Assembly: GCF_001194135.2 (NCBI RefSeq) | Contig: NC_068990.1 | Location: forward strand, 70,466,720-70,530,719 | Direction: 5' to 3' | Length of the DNA stretch: 64,000 bases | Source of the DNA: Octopus bimaculoides | Lineage: Eukaryota | Part shown: positions 48,823 through 61,554 of the stretch, in pieces | Numbering within the stretch: the first letter of the stretch is position 1 | Layout of the letters: each line of letters opens with the position of its first letter | The notes under the pieces: generated by a model | What the model saw: only the letters and a program-made list of their open reading frames with translations | Told to the model about the DNA's origin: nothing | Database searches by the model: none | Translations under genes and position numbers: made by a program

Positions 48823-49030
48823 TTTAATCTTTTTGGTACCATATTTCTTTTGAAATGCACTGATTTTGTTTCAATTCATTTTGGAAATAATAAAAAAATT
48901 ATTAAAATAACTTTGTAAGCTTGTATTTGGAACATAAATTAACATGAAATTTTCATAAAAGGTTTTAATTTAGATGGCTTTAAAACATGAAGTTTGCATC
49001 AAAGAACCAGGGGCAGTTTTTGGCAGATGA
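48823..49030 (-). mobile_element. Inverted copy of piggyBac-like MITE family
   Basis: TTAATCTTTTTGGTACCATATTT end; body shared with 49773-50001. Confidence 0.55.
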
Positions 49031-49109
49031 TTCCATTACATTGTGGATATATTTTGGAAAAGCGTCAATGTCATACATTCCTTATTCTGCTCTGCTATAA
49101 TTTAGTAGT

Positions 49110-49340
49110 CATACCTTTGGCCCAAACAGATGTGTACCTGACTTGATACTTTGTGGTATCTATTTTGGCCAGATGGGACAAGACTGGCTCAATCACCCGT
49201 GAATGTGAAGAAACAGACCATACTATGAAGCACTGCCTTGTCTGCCCTCTGCTACCCAACCCCTTCAGCTCAAAAGACCTTTCAGTGTTCAATAAAAAAT
49301 GCAAGGAACTATGTAAAGAAATGGGAAACTGTCATGTAAT
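49110..49340 (+). mobile_element. Non-LTR retrotransposon ORF2 C-terminal zinc-knuckle remnant (clade uncertain)
   Basis: LARWDKTGSITRECEETDHTMKHCLVCPLLPNPFSSKDL. Confidence 0.55.
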
Positions 49341-49608
49341 CATTACACTTCAAAGAATCAAAATAAGAATTACCTGGCTGTTGAATGGCAGTTAATTTAT
49401 ATACCTATGGTGTGTTTATACACTTCTGGTATATTAATTTATACACCTATGGAGTGTTGTGTTGAAATATCAAAACTACATAGAGAATTTATTATTGAAA
49501 GTGAGAAAAATGAAACTACTTGGTACAAAACCATATGGTATTGCTTTATTAATTTATCTATCTTTTATAAAGTAAGTTTGCATGGATGTTCCATCTCCTT
49601 ATCTCCAC

Positions 49609-49776
49609 TTAAACATGGATGTTCTGATAGAACAAACTATACTGTGGTAGTTACCATGAAAGAAACTCTCATATTGGCTTTTGGTGCAAAATGCACTCTT
49701 GTAAAAGCCAATATGAGAGTTTCTCTCATGGTACCTACCACAATATAATTTGTTCTAACAGAACATCCATATTTAA
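49609..49776. repeat. 74-bp-arm hairpin palindrome bounded by TTAA
   Basis: 49609-49682 vs 49703-49776, about 6 mismatches; 20-nt loop. Confidence 0.9.
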
Positions 49777-50001
49777 CCCTTTTATTACCAACCCAGCTGA
49801 AACCAGCTCTGGCTCTGTAGTACAAATGTCTTGTTTTCATAAGTTTTGAATTGAAATCTTCCACCAAACCTTAGTAACAATTTAGGTTCCTAATACTAGC
49901 TTAATAATAACCAAGTTATTTTACTAAAGTCTTTGTTATATTTAAAATAATTGAAAGAAATACAGTGTATCTTAAAATAAATATGGTAATGAAAGGGTTC
50001 A
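49773..50001 (+). mobile_element. piggyBac-like MITE
   Basis: TTAA|CCCTTTTATTACCA ... TGGTAATGAAAGGG|TTCA; CCC/GGG ends at TTAA are characteristic of piggyBac. Confidence 0.65.
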
Positions 50002-51349
50002 GTAGGGATAAATATTACCTCTCAATATTAATACTTCGTTTCTCACTAATAAATAGTTCCATCTATTGTAACTACTTATAAACAGTTATTTAGCTAGATA
50101 AGGGACCATGAAGATGAGAAATGTGGATTAAAGGGAAGGAGGGAACAAAAGCAAGAACATCAGCATCATATCCCAATGGCCATTCAACAGCTGAGTGGTT
50201 AGGAAAAGATTTCGATCTCTCTCTCCACTGGAAAGGAAGTCATACATTATTATCACCATATTTGGAGGGAAAAAAAAATGCCTGTTTAGCAATTTTTATT
50301 CTCATGAATAGGCTAAGATGGTGATATGACAGCCTTTAAATGCCAGAGCGAAATCCAAAGAATATTTGAAGTTCAGTAATTTAACAGTTCTATATACTGA
50401 ATGTTTTATTCTGAAATATCAACCATATGGACAAATTATTATGGAAAGTGAAGGAATAAATTGTGATACAAAACCTGTACTGTGTGGGATTATCAACTCA
50501 ATAATAGTTACATGCCCTACCTCAACAAAATTAGTCACAAAAGAATCTTAAAGCAATACTTAATGTTGTTGCCGTCATCATTGCTGCCATCTTTTGCAAT
50601 AGTGATAGTGGTAGGGGTGGTGGTGGCAGCGGCGGTGGCAGTGGTGCTATTTTTAATTGGCATTCTCGTTTCAAATATATCACTTGGGAAAGCTAAAAAC
50701 ATCCCAGTTTATCCTTTCCCTACCCTTAAAATCTCCATCTTCATAATCGTGGTAAAAAAAAGGAATAATAAAAAGGAAAAAATAAATGCTTATATTTTTT
50801 GCTTGGTTTGACTTGTATGTTGATGAAGTGTGATTTTTTTTTTTGTGTGTGTGTATGTGATGATGTTTGTAAGAGCAACATTAATAATGATGATGATAAT
50901 AATAATGATGATGTGCAGCAGTCAGTTAGCACTTGGTATTTACAGCAGTAGCTACTTTACATGTGACTGATGTCTGTGAACTTTGGTTGAACTTGTCTTC
51001 TCACCCCAAACATGTACGCACCACTTTCTCCCCTTCATCACACTGTCCTACACCTACATTCATCACAAACCCCACCACATACACATGTGCGCAAATACAT
51101 AAATATTGACATAAACACACAAAGCCAATAAAAGAATATATATATACATATAACTGAACAACCGTGTATGTTAAAATACACAATTACACACACAACTGAA
51201 CACAATTACAGCACACATTTTCTCTCATACATAAACTCGTTTTTGATAGAGACAGAGAGAGATTAAAATAACGTAGTAAATATATGCATACACAAAAGAA
51301 AGCTGAAGGAAGCTACTGTTGACAACCAACTCATTATCTGACAAGATAG

Positions 51350-51411
<62 letters not shown>

Positions 51412-51536
51412 NNNNNNNNNNNNNNNNNNNNNNNNNNNNNNNNNNNNNNNNNNNNNNNNNNNNNNNNNNNNNNNNNNNNNNNNNNNNNNNNNNNNNNNNN
51501 NNNNNNNNNNNNNNNNNNNNNNNNNNNNNNNNNNNN

Positions 51537-51577
<41 letters not shown>

Positions 51578-52479
51578 ATACACACACTCACACCTATCTC
51601 TCCATCCATTGAATCATTTCCTCTATTTACCCAGAAGAAACATCATCCTGCTCATCCTAATATCACAGACCTCAGACTCACTGATATGCTAACATAACAT
51701 GTTTGGTCCACCATAATAAACTTTCCAACATTCCTCTTTCACAGCAAACTTCCACTCCTTTACCATTTTCTTCTCTCTGTTCTTCAGTACTATTCAAAAT
51801 ATATTTCATTTGTAATCTTAGCTTCTTTCCTTTATCACAAACTTTATTCATACAAGTCAACAATAGATGTTTTAATACTTAAAGGTGTGAGAAGGCAGTG
51901 ATGTGGCAGAAATAGTAAAGTACAGGGTTAAATATATTTAGAACCTCCCATTACATTTTGATATCATATTCCAAAAGGTCAGCTTACATTTCATTTCTCT
52001 GGGAATGGGTAAAATAAGTACCACTCATGTATTGAAGTAAAAATATTTGTGAGTTTTGGGCCTATTGGAAGATATATCCAAAGAATCCAGGGCTTGGTCT
52101 ATGTCAGCAAGTAACTCTAATGACAAAAACAAACTAAAAACAATACAAAAGTGACTATGCCAATGTATTTTAGACTGTGAAAAGCAGAAAGAGACATCAA
52201 CATTTCAGACAATTTGTCCTTTGTCAAGATGAGTTGAGAAAAATATATGTTATCTATATATAAAGACTAACACCCAAACATTTTTTTCACGGATCATGTA
52301 GAGGTTTATAGACTCTATTGTTTGATTCCAGGTTTGTAATGTTAAAATAAGGAGTTGTCTACCTGGCTACAATAGTAAAATATCACAGACATCTTTTTCT
52401 TCTTTCTTTTTTTCTAGTTTAGATTAATTTAGACATGTATAATTACCATTGTTAGAAATAAAATAAAATTCCAATTCCG

Positions 52480-52720
52480 TCATCATCATCATTATTTAAT
52501 GTCTGTTCTCCATACTGGCATTGATTGGATAATTTGATAGAAGCTGGCAAGGCCAGGAGCCACACCAGGTTCCATTGTCTGTTTCATCATGATTTCTACT
52601 GCTAGGTATCCTTCCTAATGCCAACCATTTTACAGAATGTACTGAGTGCTTTTTATGTGGCACCAGCACTAACAGGGGCACTGAGTACCTTGTAAGACAA
52701 AACCCCCTCAACTAGGCATG
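52480..52720 (-). mobile_element. RTE LINE 3' UTR fragment
   Basis: (CAT)n tail and UTR core. Confidence 0.7.
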
Positions 52721-52759
52721 GGGAGTAGTATTGAGAGTGTGTAGCTTTATGCCCATTAG

Positions 52760-53400
52760 AGATTTAAGGTATAGAAGGAACAGATATAGGTGTCTTGCTG
52801 TAGAGTAGTTACATGGATGCTCCAGTTCGAAAAGAAAAGAGAATGAGTAAGATGAAGAGAACAATAGTGGGAGAGAGATGATGGCAAAAATGTATCAGTA
52901 CATACCCTCAAGGGACATTGGGGGTGGTGAGAACAGATGGGGTGATAGAGAGGTTTGGGTTGGGTGAGTGGGCAAGAGGAGGTAACTGTAGCAAATGATG
53001 GAGAGGAATAAAGGAGAGGCTCAGACTGGGCAGTTGCAGTAGGTATGTGAGGGCATTTAGAATAAGCAAGGTGTTGTTGATGGAGAGCAGCACAGGGAGG
53101 AGAGAGAAAGTGCAGAAAGGAGGTGATTAATGGGGGGAAGAGAGGTAACTGTGGTGGGGTAAGGAAGGTAACTGACAAAACCAAGGAATGTAGTATGTGC
53201 CTATTCTGCTCTCAGGTGTGGGTATTAGGCGATGAAATGTGTGGGGAGAAGGTTGATAGGACAGATAGGATGGAGATAAGAATTACCAAAGTGGTTTTAG
53301 GATATCAGTTCTGCTGTGGTAGAAGGGTCTTCTTGAGTACAGCAAAGTGCCAGATAAATTTGCTAATAATGTATTAGTTATTTGGCTGTTTTATCATTAG
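52760..53400 (-). mobile_element. Probable ancient LINE remnant (similar purine-skewed tracts at 37560-38060 and 38760-39200)
   Basis: Strong strand purine skew and weak peptide resemblance to CR1/L2 3' ends; no intact motif. Confidence 0.3.
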
Positions 53401-53784
53401 AACTTGAACATTACAAAGATGGAAACAATCATAAGCAACTACTATTTTTACCATCTTCATTCTTTTTCACTTCTCAGTGACCATCAATATAAGGAGATTT
53501 GTTCTGCTGTGTCACACAACCACAGTCTGTCGTCTTTAAGAACATTGATGAAAATAATATTCTTATCGTTGCCACACCTTTAACATGCCAGGTATGAAAA
53601 GAAATCTTAGCTATTTTGTCCCCGTATGGGTTACACTTGTCTTTGATCTCTAACACCAGGAGTTTCCTGTCAAATCATTCCATTGCAATACAAATGGATG
53701 GTACACACACACGTAGCCACTTTCTAACTTATACTCTAATAATTCTAATGTACAAATCCAGTGCTTGTTAAACAGTTTTAACTC

Positions 53785-54003
53785 ATCATCATCATCATTT
53801 AATGTCCGTTTTCCATGCTAGCATGGGTTGGACGATTTGACTGGGGACTGATCTGATCTGGCAGAGTTTCTACAGCTGGATGCCCTTCCTAACGCCAATC
53901 ACTCCGAGAGTGTAGTGGGTGCTTTTTACGTGCCACCGGCACGAAGGCCAGTCCGGCGGTACTGGCAACGGCCACGCTCAAATGGTGTGTTTTACATGCC
54001 ACT
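53785..54003 (-). mobile_element. RTE LINE 3' UTR fragment (young)
   Basis: Close match to 1570-1860; CpGs retained. Confidence 0.8.
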
Positions 54004-54206
54004 TTTTGTTTTACTAGAACTTTTCAACCCCCACCTTTGCTATAATTCAACAAAATTGAATACACCACAAAAAAAATTGCTATCAACAGGCTTATCATCA
54101 TTAAAAAACTGCTTGCACATAAATTTATTTCCTCAACATGATTTGGAATGTTTATAATTTCAAATGATAATTAAATTATATATTATATATATAATTATAT
54201 ATAGAT

Positions 54207-54494
54207 AACAATTGCAGCGTGAAAGGTGTTTATAAGCCATTCAAAATAACACACAAAATCCGTTAGATTCACTTCAACATTTAAATTTAATTTGTCAAAA
54301 TATTTTCGTCGCTTTGAGACCGCGACCTGTTCACTGACAAAATTCTGTGCTGCACAGAACGCTGCACAGAGATGCAGCACAGAATTTTGTCAGTGAACAG
54401 GTCGCGGTCTCAAAGCGACGAAAATATTTTGAATCTAACAGATTTTGTGTGTTATTTTAAATGGCTTATAAACACCTTCCACGCTGCAATTGTT
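54207..54494. repeat. Young long palindrome (59-bp perfect inner stem plus 64-bp outer stem)
   Basis: 54296-54354 is the exact reverse complement of 54373-54431; outer arms have 3 mismatches; a 25-nt bulge is present only on the left. Confidence 0.95.
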
Positions 54495-57400
54495 TTCGTT
54501 CCAGCACACGATCTCAGATCAGGTCACTTGCTATGCAAGTGCATCTCCGTAATATATATAGATATTATATCTTCTAATACCTTTGTTGATAGCTTTGTTG
54601 ATTTACATGCATAAGGGATTTTTACTCAATTCAGTTTATTTACTTCTTTACATTGCTTCTTACATTTCAAAGATTATCGTTATTGTGGCTTTGTGTGTGT
54701 TTTTTCTAAGATGCTAGAGCAGAAACAACGAAGTGGTAAATATCAATCCTTGTGGGCTACCTAAGAGGATGATATTCTGACTATATCAGTGTAGTAGGAC
54801 TTAATTTTTTATTGTTCTTTATCAATTTCATAAAGCATTTTTGTCAAATTTCAAATATTTCTCATTAAAAAGCAGGAGTGATACAAAAGAACAAGAAAAT
54901 TAGTGTAAAAAACTTCCTAAGTTAAATCAAGAAATTTTTTATTAGTTATACTTTTTACTTTTATTTTGAAATTTACATGAGTCAAGGAGGCAATAAGTTA
55001 TTCGATGAAAGGAGTCATCAATGGGATAAGAAGTTTGCTGACCCCTGGTCGAGAATATGATTCAAGAGAGAAATTTGTCTGCCATTTCTAGCAGGTCAAA
55101 CTGCTATGAAGAAACTTTGATTGTCTTTCTTGATGATGTCACATATACAACTTTCGTAAAACTGCTTTGCAAAAATAAGTTTCCTGAAAGTCAGCAAAGT
55201 TTCAGCTCTGAATTGTTACTTACCCGCTACAAAGCACAAGATCCATATTAGAATATTGCACACATACCTGGAACATCTACGACACACACATACGGTCATT
55301 CTAAACCCTATCTCAATGAAGGACAGATTCATTACGTCTATAGGTAGCATTCTGTTGATTACGATGACGAGAATTCCAGATGGTCCAATCAATGGAACAG
55401 CCTACTCATGAAGTTAATGTGCAAGTGGTTGAGTACTCCACAGACACCTTTTGTGCACCCTTAACATAGTTCTCAGGAACATTTAGTGTGACACAGAATG
55501 TGATAAGGCTGACTATTTAAAATACAAGTACTACTCATTTTTGCCAGCTGAGGGGACTGGAGCAACATGAAATAAAGTATCCTGCACAAGGGCACAACAC
55601 ATGACTGGGAATCAAGCTCACACGATCACAAACTGAATACTCCTTGTATATATGTGTGTGTTTGTTTGTTTTTATGTTTGGTTCTCCTCCCACATAGATG
55701 CACTCATTCTTCTTTTTGCTTCTATTACAATGACCTTTGTTCTCTGTAGTGACCTCTCTTCTCATCATCCCTACAGTGGTCCATGTCTCTATTTGATACC
55801 ATTACCATATTTTTACACACTAAACTTTCCTTATTAGATGCTGTGATTCTGAATTATATGATTATATGAACAATATGTCTTCATCTCTAAGTGAAATAAT
55901 TTTTGTCTGTAGATATTATTATAATTGCTATTTTATTAGTTCAATGTAACAATGTCGTCATATTACAGCTGTCTTTAAATATTATGATTCCGTTGTTTAA
56001 TGTTTTGATTCTCTGATTAGGCATTCGATGATATTTCAACTTTAAATAATGCTATTCTGTTTTTAAATGTGATAATTGAGACAATCATCTAATAAAACTT
56101 TGTCTGAAGACACGATTCTATTATCAAAATTGATTTGTCTGACAATTCTACTTTGTAAACATTATTGCTACAAGATCAGTTGGTACAGCACATACTAGCT
56201 ATAGGTGTATAGGTGTGACAAGAAATCGGTTGAATAGAAAATTTGTGAAATGTCACAAACAGTAATATTTGTTTGACTTGTAAAAATATATTTCTTAAAA
56301 TATCAATTTTAACATGCGCTCTCTACAAATAATTTCATTAAAATAACTAAATAAATGGCTCCAGCTGGTTGGTAAATTATTCCATTTTGTTATTCTTCAT
56401 TTTGTTATTTTGGCAGAAAAAGCTGTGAAAATTGTTATCTTGTAATTAAATTGAGAAATCTTTCAATACAAATTATGAAAGATTTTTGTTCTTCTGGTGC
56501 CTTCCACCATAGATATATGGTTTTCAGCCCATATTGTGCTGTTGACAGCAGCTGTTAATCAATACATTTATGATAATAGGGAATAATCAGTGTATTAGCC
56601 AGTCTTCAATGCTTAACTGTGTATTAGTTATGACTATATGTAGACACTGTAGGTAGACTGGTGTTGAAGTTCCAGTCAAGACAAGTCTGCTATGCAGATT
56701 TGATTGTTAGTTAAGACATTCACTTAATCCCTGTATCTGAAATTTCCATTTGTAGTCAATAAGTTACATAGTGATGGTTTCCATTAGGCTGACTCACTCC
56801 ATCAAGTCTTGACAAACTACATGGAAACAAAACTTTCAGTGATTGCCAAACAGTCCATTAAAAGGTTCTACAGTATTTAGCAATAATTATGCAGTGCCAG
56901 TCATTATGAAATAGTTTACTTAGTGGAAACAGGTTTTACACTAGGAATATGTGCAAATATTCCTCCTCCTCCTCTTCATCATCATCACCATCATCATCAT
57001 CATCACCACCACCACCACCACTGTTGTTGTTGTCATTATTACTACACCCACCATTTTCCATGCTAGTTTGAAAATGCTAGATCTACTGGATTTAATTTTG
57101 TCATCTCTCTTATGATATCTAACATCCTAATATCTGACACACTACCACTTCTTACCAGCTCTCCCTCTCACCCCCATCATCAACACCCATGGCTATCATC
57201 TCTTTTCTGCATAAATCAAGCCAACTCCTTTAATGTCTAACCACTGTTTCACCTCACTTGTGCTCTGTCTTTCATGCAGCTTAACATTTCACATCCAATA
57301 GATTTATACCCTACTTTCCACCACCTCACCCTCTACACATATCTTTTACTGTCAATGTCTCTAAGTTATTACTATGTAACATCACACCTCTTTAACGTCT

Positions 57401-57804
57401 TTCATTTATTTTGCCATTCATTCACCAAGAAATATTTCATTATCAGTGGATGCACCAGCTCTTTCATTCTTCGTCTGCCTCAATCTAAGGACTGTAATTT
57501 CACTCCATCACTGTTGATAAAATCATCATCATTGTGATAATTTTAACATCCACTTTACCATGCATGCATAAATTAGATTTTCCACAACCAGATGCCATTC
57601 CTGTTGCCAATCTTCACCTATTTCCAAGCAAAGTAATATTTTCCTATGGCCAGACATGTTTGTGCTGGACACTGGAAACGAATGACACTCCTTGTACGAC
57701 AATGACACTTATTAATAACTATCTTGTGCAAATTTCTGGCCTCGTGCCTGTTAGAAGCTATTATCATTGTTACAATTATTGTTGTTGTTGTTATTACTAT
57801 TATT

Positions 57805-58245
57805 GCAAGCTGGCAGAATTGTTAGCACGCTAGGCAAAATGCTTGGTGGTATTTCACCTGTCTTTATGTTCTGAGTTCAAATTCCACCAAGGTCAACTTT
57901 GCCTTTCATCCTTTTGGGGGTCAATAAATTAAGTATCAGTGAAACATTGGGGGTCGACGTAAGTGGCTTATCCCCTCCCACCAAAATGGCTGCGCTTGTG
58001 GCAAAATTTGAAACCATGCTTATTATTATTATTATTATAAAGGCTGGCAGAATCGTTAGTATGCTGGGCAAAACACTTAATAGTATTTCATCCATTTTTA
58101 TGTTCCAAGTTCAAATTCCGCCAAGGTTGTCTTTGTCTTTCATCCTTTTGAGGTCAATAGAATAAGTTATCAGTTGAGCACTGGAGTTGATGTAACCGAC
58201 TTACCCTCTCCTTAAAATTGCTAGCCTTGTGCCAAAATTTGAAAT
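57805..58245 (+). mobile_element. Two tandem SINE family A copies joined by (ATT)n
   Basis: Copies at about 57805-58017 and 58040-58243. Confidence 0.85.
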
Positions 58246-58859
58246 ATTTATTGTTGTTGCTTTGTTGAAGACACAGTAATATGATATTTTGTGGTGTGCA
58301 AAACAATACACTGAATGAATATATATATAGGGTGCCCATATGTTACCTAAACCGGAGCATCTCTTGCAATCCATCAGTTTGAGAAAGTTTCATTCAGAAA
58401 CTTTTGAACACTAAACTCTCAATGAGGTGGCACACCAACTTGTAAAATATATGTTGGTTGCAAATAAAAATAAATGGAATGGTCATACTGAAACATCTTT
58501 GATCACTGGGCTAACCTAGAACTAAAAGACAACATGTAGACCTTGTCATAAGCTGTGGACTTGGAACTCTGAGTAGCTGTGGCCTTTGAAGAGATTAACT
58601 ATACTTGAAGTTAGGTCTTCCTATTAGAATTGCTAGAATAGTAAGTCAAATGGGACAGGTCTTGTCATGTGGCTTAGAAGTTTACATCATAAAACTCTTC
58701 TTGGTTTAATCCTTATCTACAGCACTCTTGCTAAGTGTCCTTCAAAGCATTAGGTTGACAAATTTCATGTGAGTAAAATTTGGCAGACAGGAAACTATGT
58801 GATAGCTCAAAACGCACACACATGCATTTATGTGTGTGTGTGTGTATGTGTACATATAT

Positions 58860-59140
58860 AATCATCATCATCATTGGTTAACATCCACTTTCCATGTTGG
58901 CATGGGTTGGACAGGTTGACAGGAATTAGCCTGACAGGAACTTGTACCAGAGTCCTGTCTGTTTTGGCAAGGTTTTTATGGCTGGTTACCCTTCCTAACA
59001 CCAACCACCCAGTAGAATGGACTGAGTACTTTTTACATGGCACAAGCACAAGCAAGGTTAGTTTTGGCAAGGTTTTTACAGTTGGGTGCCCTTCCAAGTA
59101 CCAACCACTTTACAGTGTAGACTGGATGCTTTTTACGTTG
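58860..59140 (-). mobile_element. RTE LINE 3' UTR with an internal duplication of about 100 bp
   Basis: GTTTTGGCAAGGTTTTTA...CCCTTCC..ACCAACCAC occurs twice. Confidence 0.7.
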
Positions 59141-59158
59141 CATTAGCATATATATATA

Positions 59159-59199
<41 letters not shown>

Positions 59200-59273
59200 N
59201 NNNNNNNNNATGAGTGCTTAACACTGCATTAGGGGATAAAATTTATTTATTTATGGGTTATGGTCACCAGCGA

Positions 59274-59429
59274 TTTCATGTTATGGGAAGTTCCTCAACA
59301 ATTATCAAGCCTATCACATGAAACATTGGTGTCTATCTCCATTTTGGATTAATCCAATGTAGAGACGAACACCAGTGTTCCATGTGATAGGCCTTGATAA
59401 TTGTTGGGGGCACTCCCTTGAACATGAAA
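59274..59429. repeat. Imperfect palindrome with no spacer, centred on TT|AA
   Basis: Arms of about 77 bp mirror around GGATT|AATCC at 59350/59351. Confidence 0.85.
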
Positions 59430-59840
59430 CCAATGGCAGATTGGTTCCCGTGCTGGTGGCATGTAAAAAGCACCATTTGAGTATGATCGTTGCCAGCGTG
59501 CCTTACCAGCACATGTTCCGGTGGCACGTGAAAACAACATTCGAGCATGGTTGTTGCCAGTCCCACCAGACTGGCTCCCATGCAGGTAGCATGTAAAAAA
59601 CACCTTTTGAGTGTGGTCGTTGCCAGAACTGCCTGACTTGCCCTTGTGCTGGTGGCACGTAAAAGCACCCACTACACTCTCAGAGTGGTTGGCGTTAGGA
59701 AGGGCATACAGCCTTAGAAAATTTGCCAGATCAGATTGAGCCTGGTGCAGCCTTCAGGCTCGCCAGTCCTCAGTCAAACCGTCCAACCCATGGCAGCATG
59801 GAAAGCGGACGTTAAACGGCAATGATGATAATAATGATGA
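59430..59840 (+). mobile_element. RTE LINE 3' UTR with tandem modules and tail
   Basis: Ends GGAAAGCGGACGTTAAACGGCAATGATGAT. Confidence 0.8.
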
Positions 59841-60013
59841 TGATTGATTGCTAGCTAGCTAGATAGATAGATGCAGACATGGCTACTCCAGACCCATGTA
59901 CTTACGAGTTCAATCCCAGTGCAGAAACTTTGTCAACTAACATTCTGCAATGTATTTGTTGGTTGGCCAATGCTTCATGAGTGAAATTTGTAGATAGAAA
60001 CTGAAGAAGCCAG

Positions 60014-60052
<39 letters not shown>

Positions 60053-60069
60053 CACACACACACACACAC

Positions 60070-60380
60070 ATATCATCATCATCATCGTTTAACGTCCATT
60101 GTCCATGCTGACATGGGTTGGATGGTTTGACTGAGGTCTGGAGAGCCAGTGGGCTGAACCAGGCTCCAATCTGATCTGGCAATGTTTCTACAGCTGGATG
60201 CCCTTCCTAACGCCAACCACTCCGAAGGTGTAGCGGGTGCTATTTTTGTGCCACTGGCACAGGAGCCAGTCAGGTGGGCCTGGCATTGATCATGTTCAGA
60301 TAGTGCTTTTTACGTGCCATCAGCATGGGAGCCAGTCAGGGAGCACTGGCATCGGCCACATTTGGATGGTGCTTTTTACT
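60070..60380 (-). mobile_element. RTE LINE 3' UTR inserted at a SINE B internal microsatellite
   Basis: (CAT)n tail abuts the (CA)n tract of the SINE B half at 59870-60070. Confidence 0.8.
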
Positions 60381-60418
<38 letters not shown>

Positions 60419-60699
60419 TGGAAGGTTTGGAGGTGATGTACAGGAATTATATTATAGAAAAAAATTAAGGTACTCAGAAATCTGGATGGTTGTACATTTA
60501 CAGATTTTTATTAATATGTCACATGTTTTATAAATCATATAAAGCGCTTTTCACCTAATCTTGTAGGGTTTTCAAACTTTTGATTTCACCTTGCGATGCC
60601 GTCTCTTTATATAGTTTTATTGAGTGTGTAGGGGTGGAGAGAGAGATATATAGAATAGTAAGAGAGGGTGAGGAATGGAGGGAAAAGTGAGAGAGAGAG

Positions 60700-60835
60700 A
60701 GTTCAAATTTAGAGAAAACAAAAGACAAAGACAGGTGTAAGGACAACAAGCAGATGTATTACTTTAATGCTCGAGAAGAATGGAAAAGTCTTTGACGTTT
60801 TGAGTCTACTCTCTTTGATAGAAAGGATTAAGAGG
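60700..60835 (-). mobile_element. PLE-like terminal remnant with strongly degenerate hammerhead motif
   Basis: Minus strand CTTT-CTATCAA-A-GAG-AGTAGA-CTC-AAAA-CGTC-AAAG; layout matches the 20-185 element. Confidence 0.4.
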
Positions 60836-61455
60836 TAAAAAATGTGTAGGGATTAACAGTTTAACTTGATGAAATAGCTGGTATGTATATATATATGCGT
60901 GTGTGTGTGTGTGAATGATTTCATATTTTCATCTTATCTTACGTGTATTTGCTGACTATGAACAAAATCACACATTTGTTATCAGATGCATGTAGTGGTA
61001 TTGTATGTTTATAGGCAACCACAAAAGCATGCCCAGGTTTCTTGACAGTTCTTGACATATTGTGCAATCTTTCTGAGCAAAAAAAGCCTTGTATCTCTGT
61101 ATGGGTTGTTTGTTTAAAAATGAGAGTTAGAAATTGAAGGTGTGAAATGGGGGTGGTTGTTGTAAAATGATTAAAATGTTCTATTTCTGAATGCTTATCT
61201 TTTCCTTTTCAGATCTGTGCCCCTGGTACCCTCCCCCCCCACCATAAATTTGTCATATCTGCCCCATTGCCTTCCCCACCCCCACTCAGCACTGTATTGC
61301 ATCATATAAGTATTTGAACAGATTCTCAAGAAATATGATATATTGCATTACAATTCCTAAAGAGTTACTTCCTCCTTCCCTCATTTCTCTCCATAAATGA
61401 ACAGAAAAAGATATTTTGGTGTTGGCATGACATTTTGTCTTATAAAGAAATGTGT

Positions 61456-61554
<99 letters not shown>

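Noticed and set aside
53526-53591. Possible 66-nt exon SVVFKNIDENNILIVATPLTCQ with a good CAG|GTATGA donor
   Set aside because: Weak acceptor, no recognisable homology and no partner exons; only RNA-seq could rescue it.
58328-58480. Tc1/mariner-like left end (TATAGGGTGCCCATA)
   Set aside because: No partner TIR or transposase peptide found.
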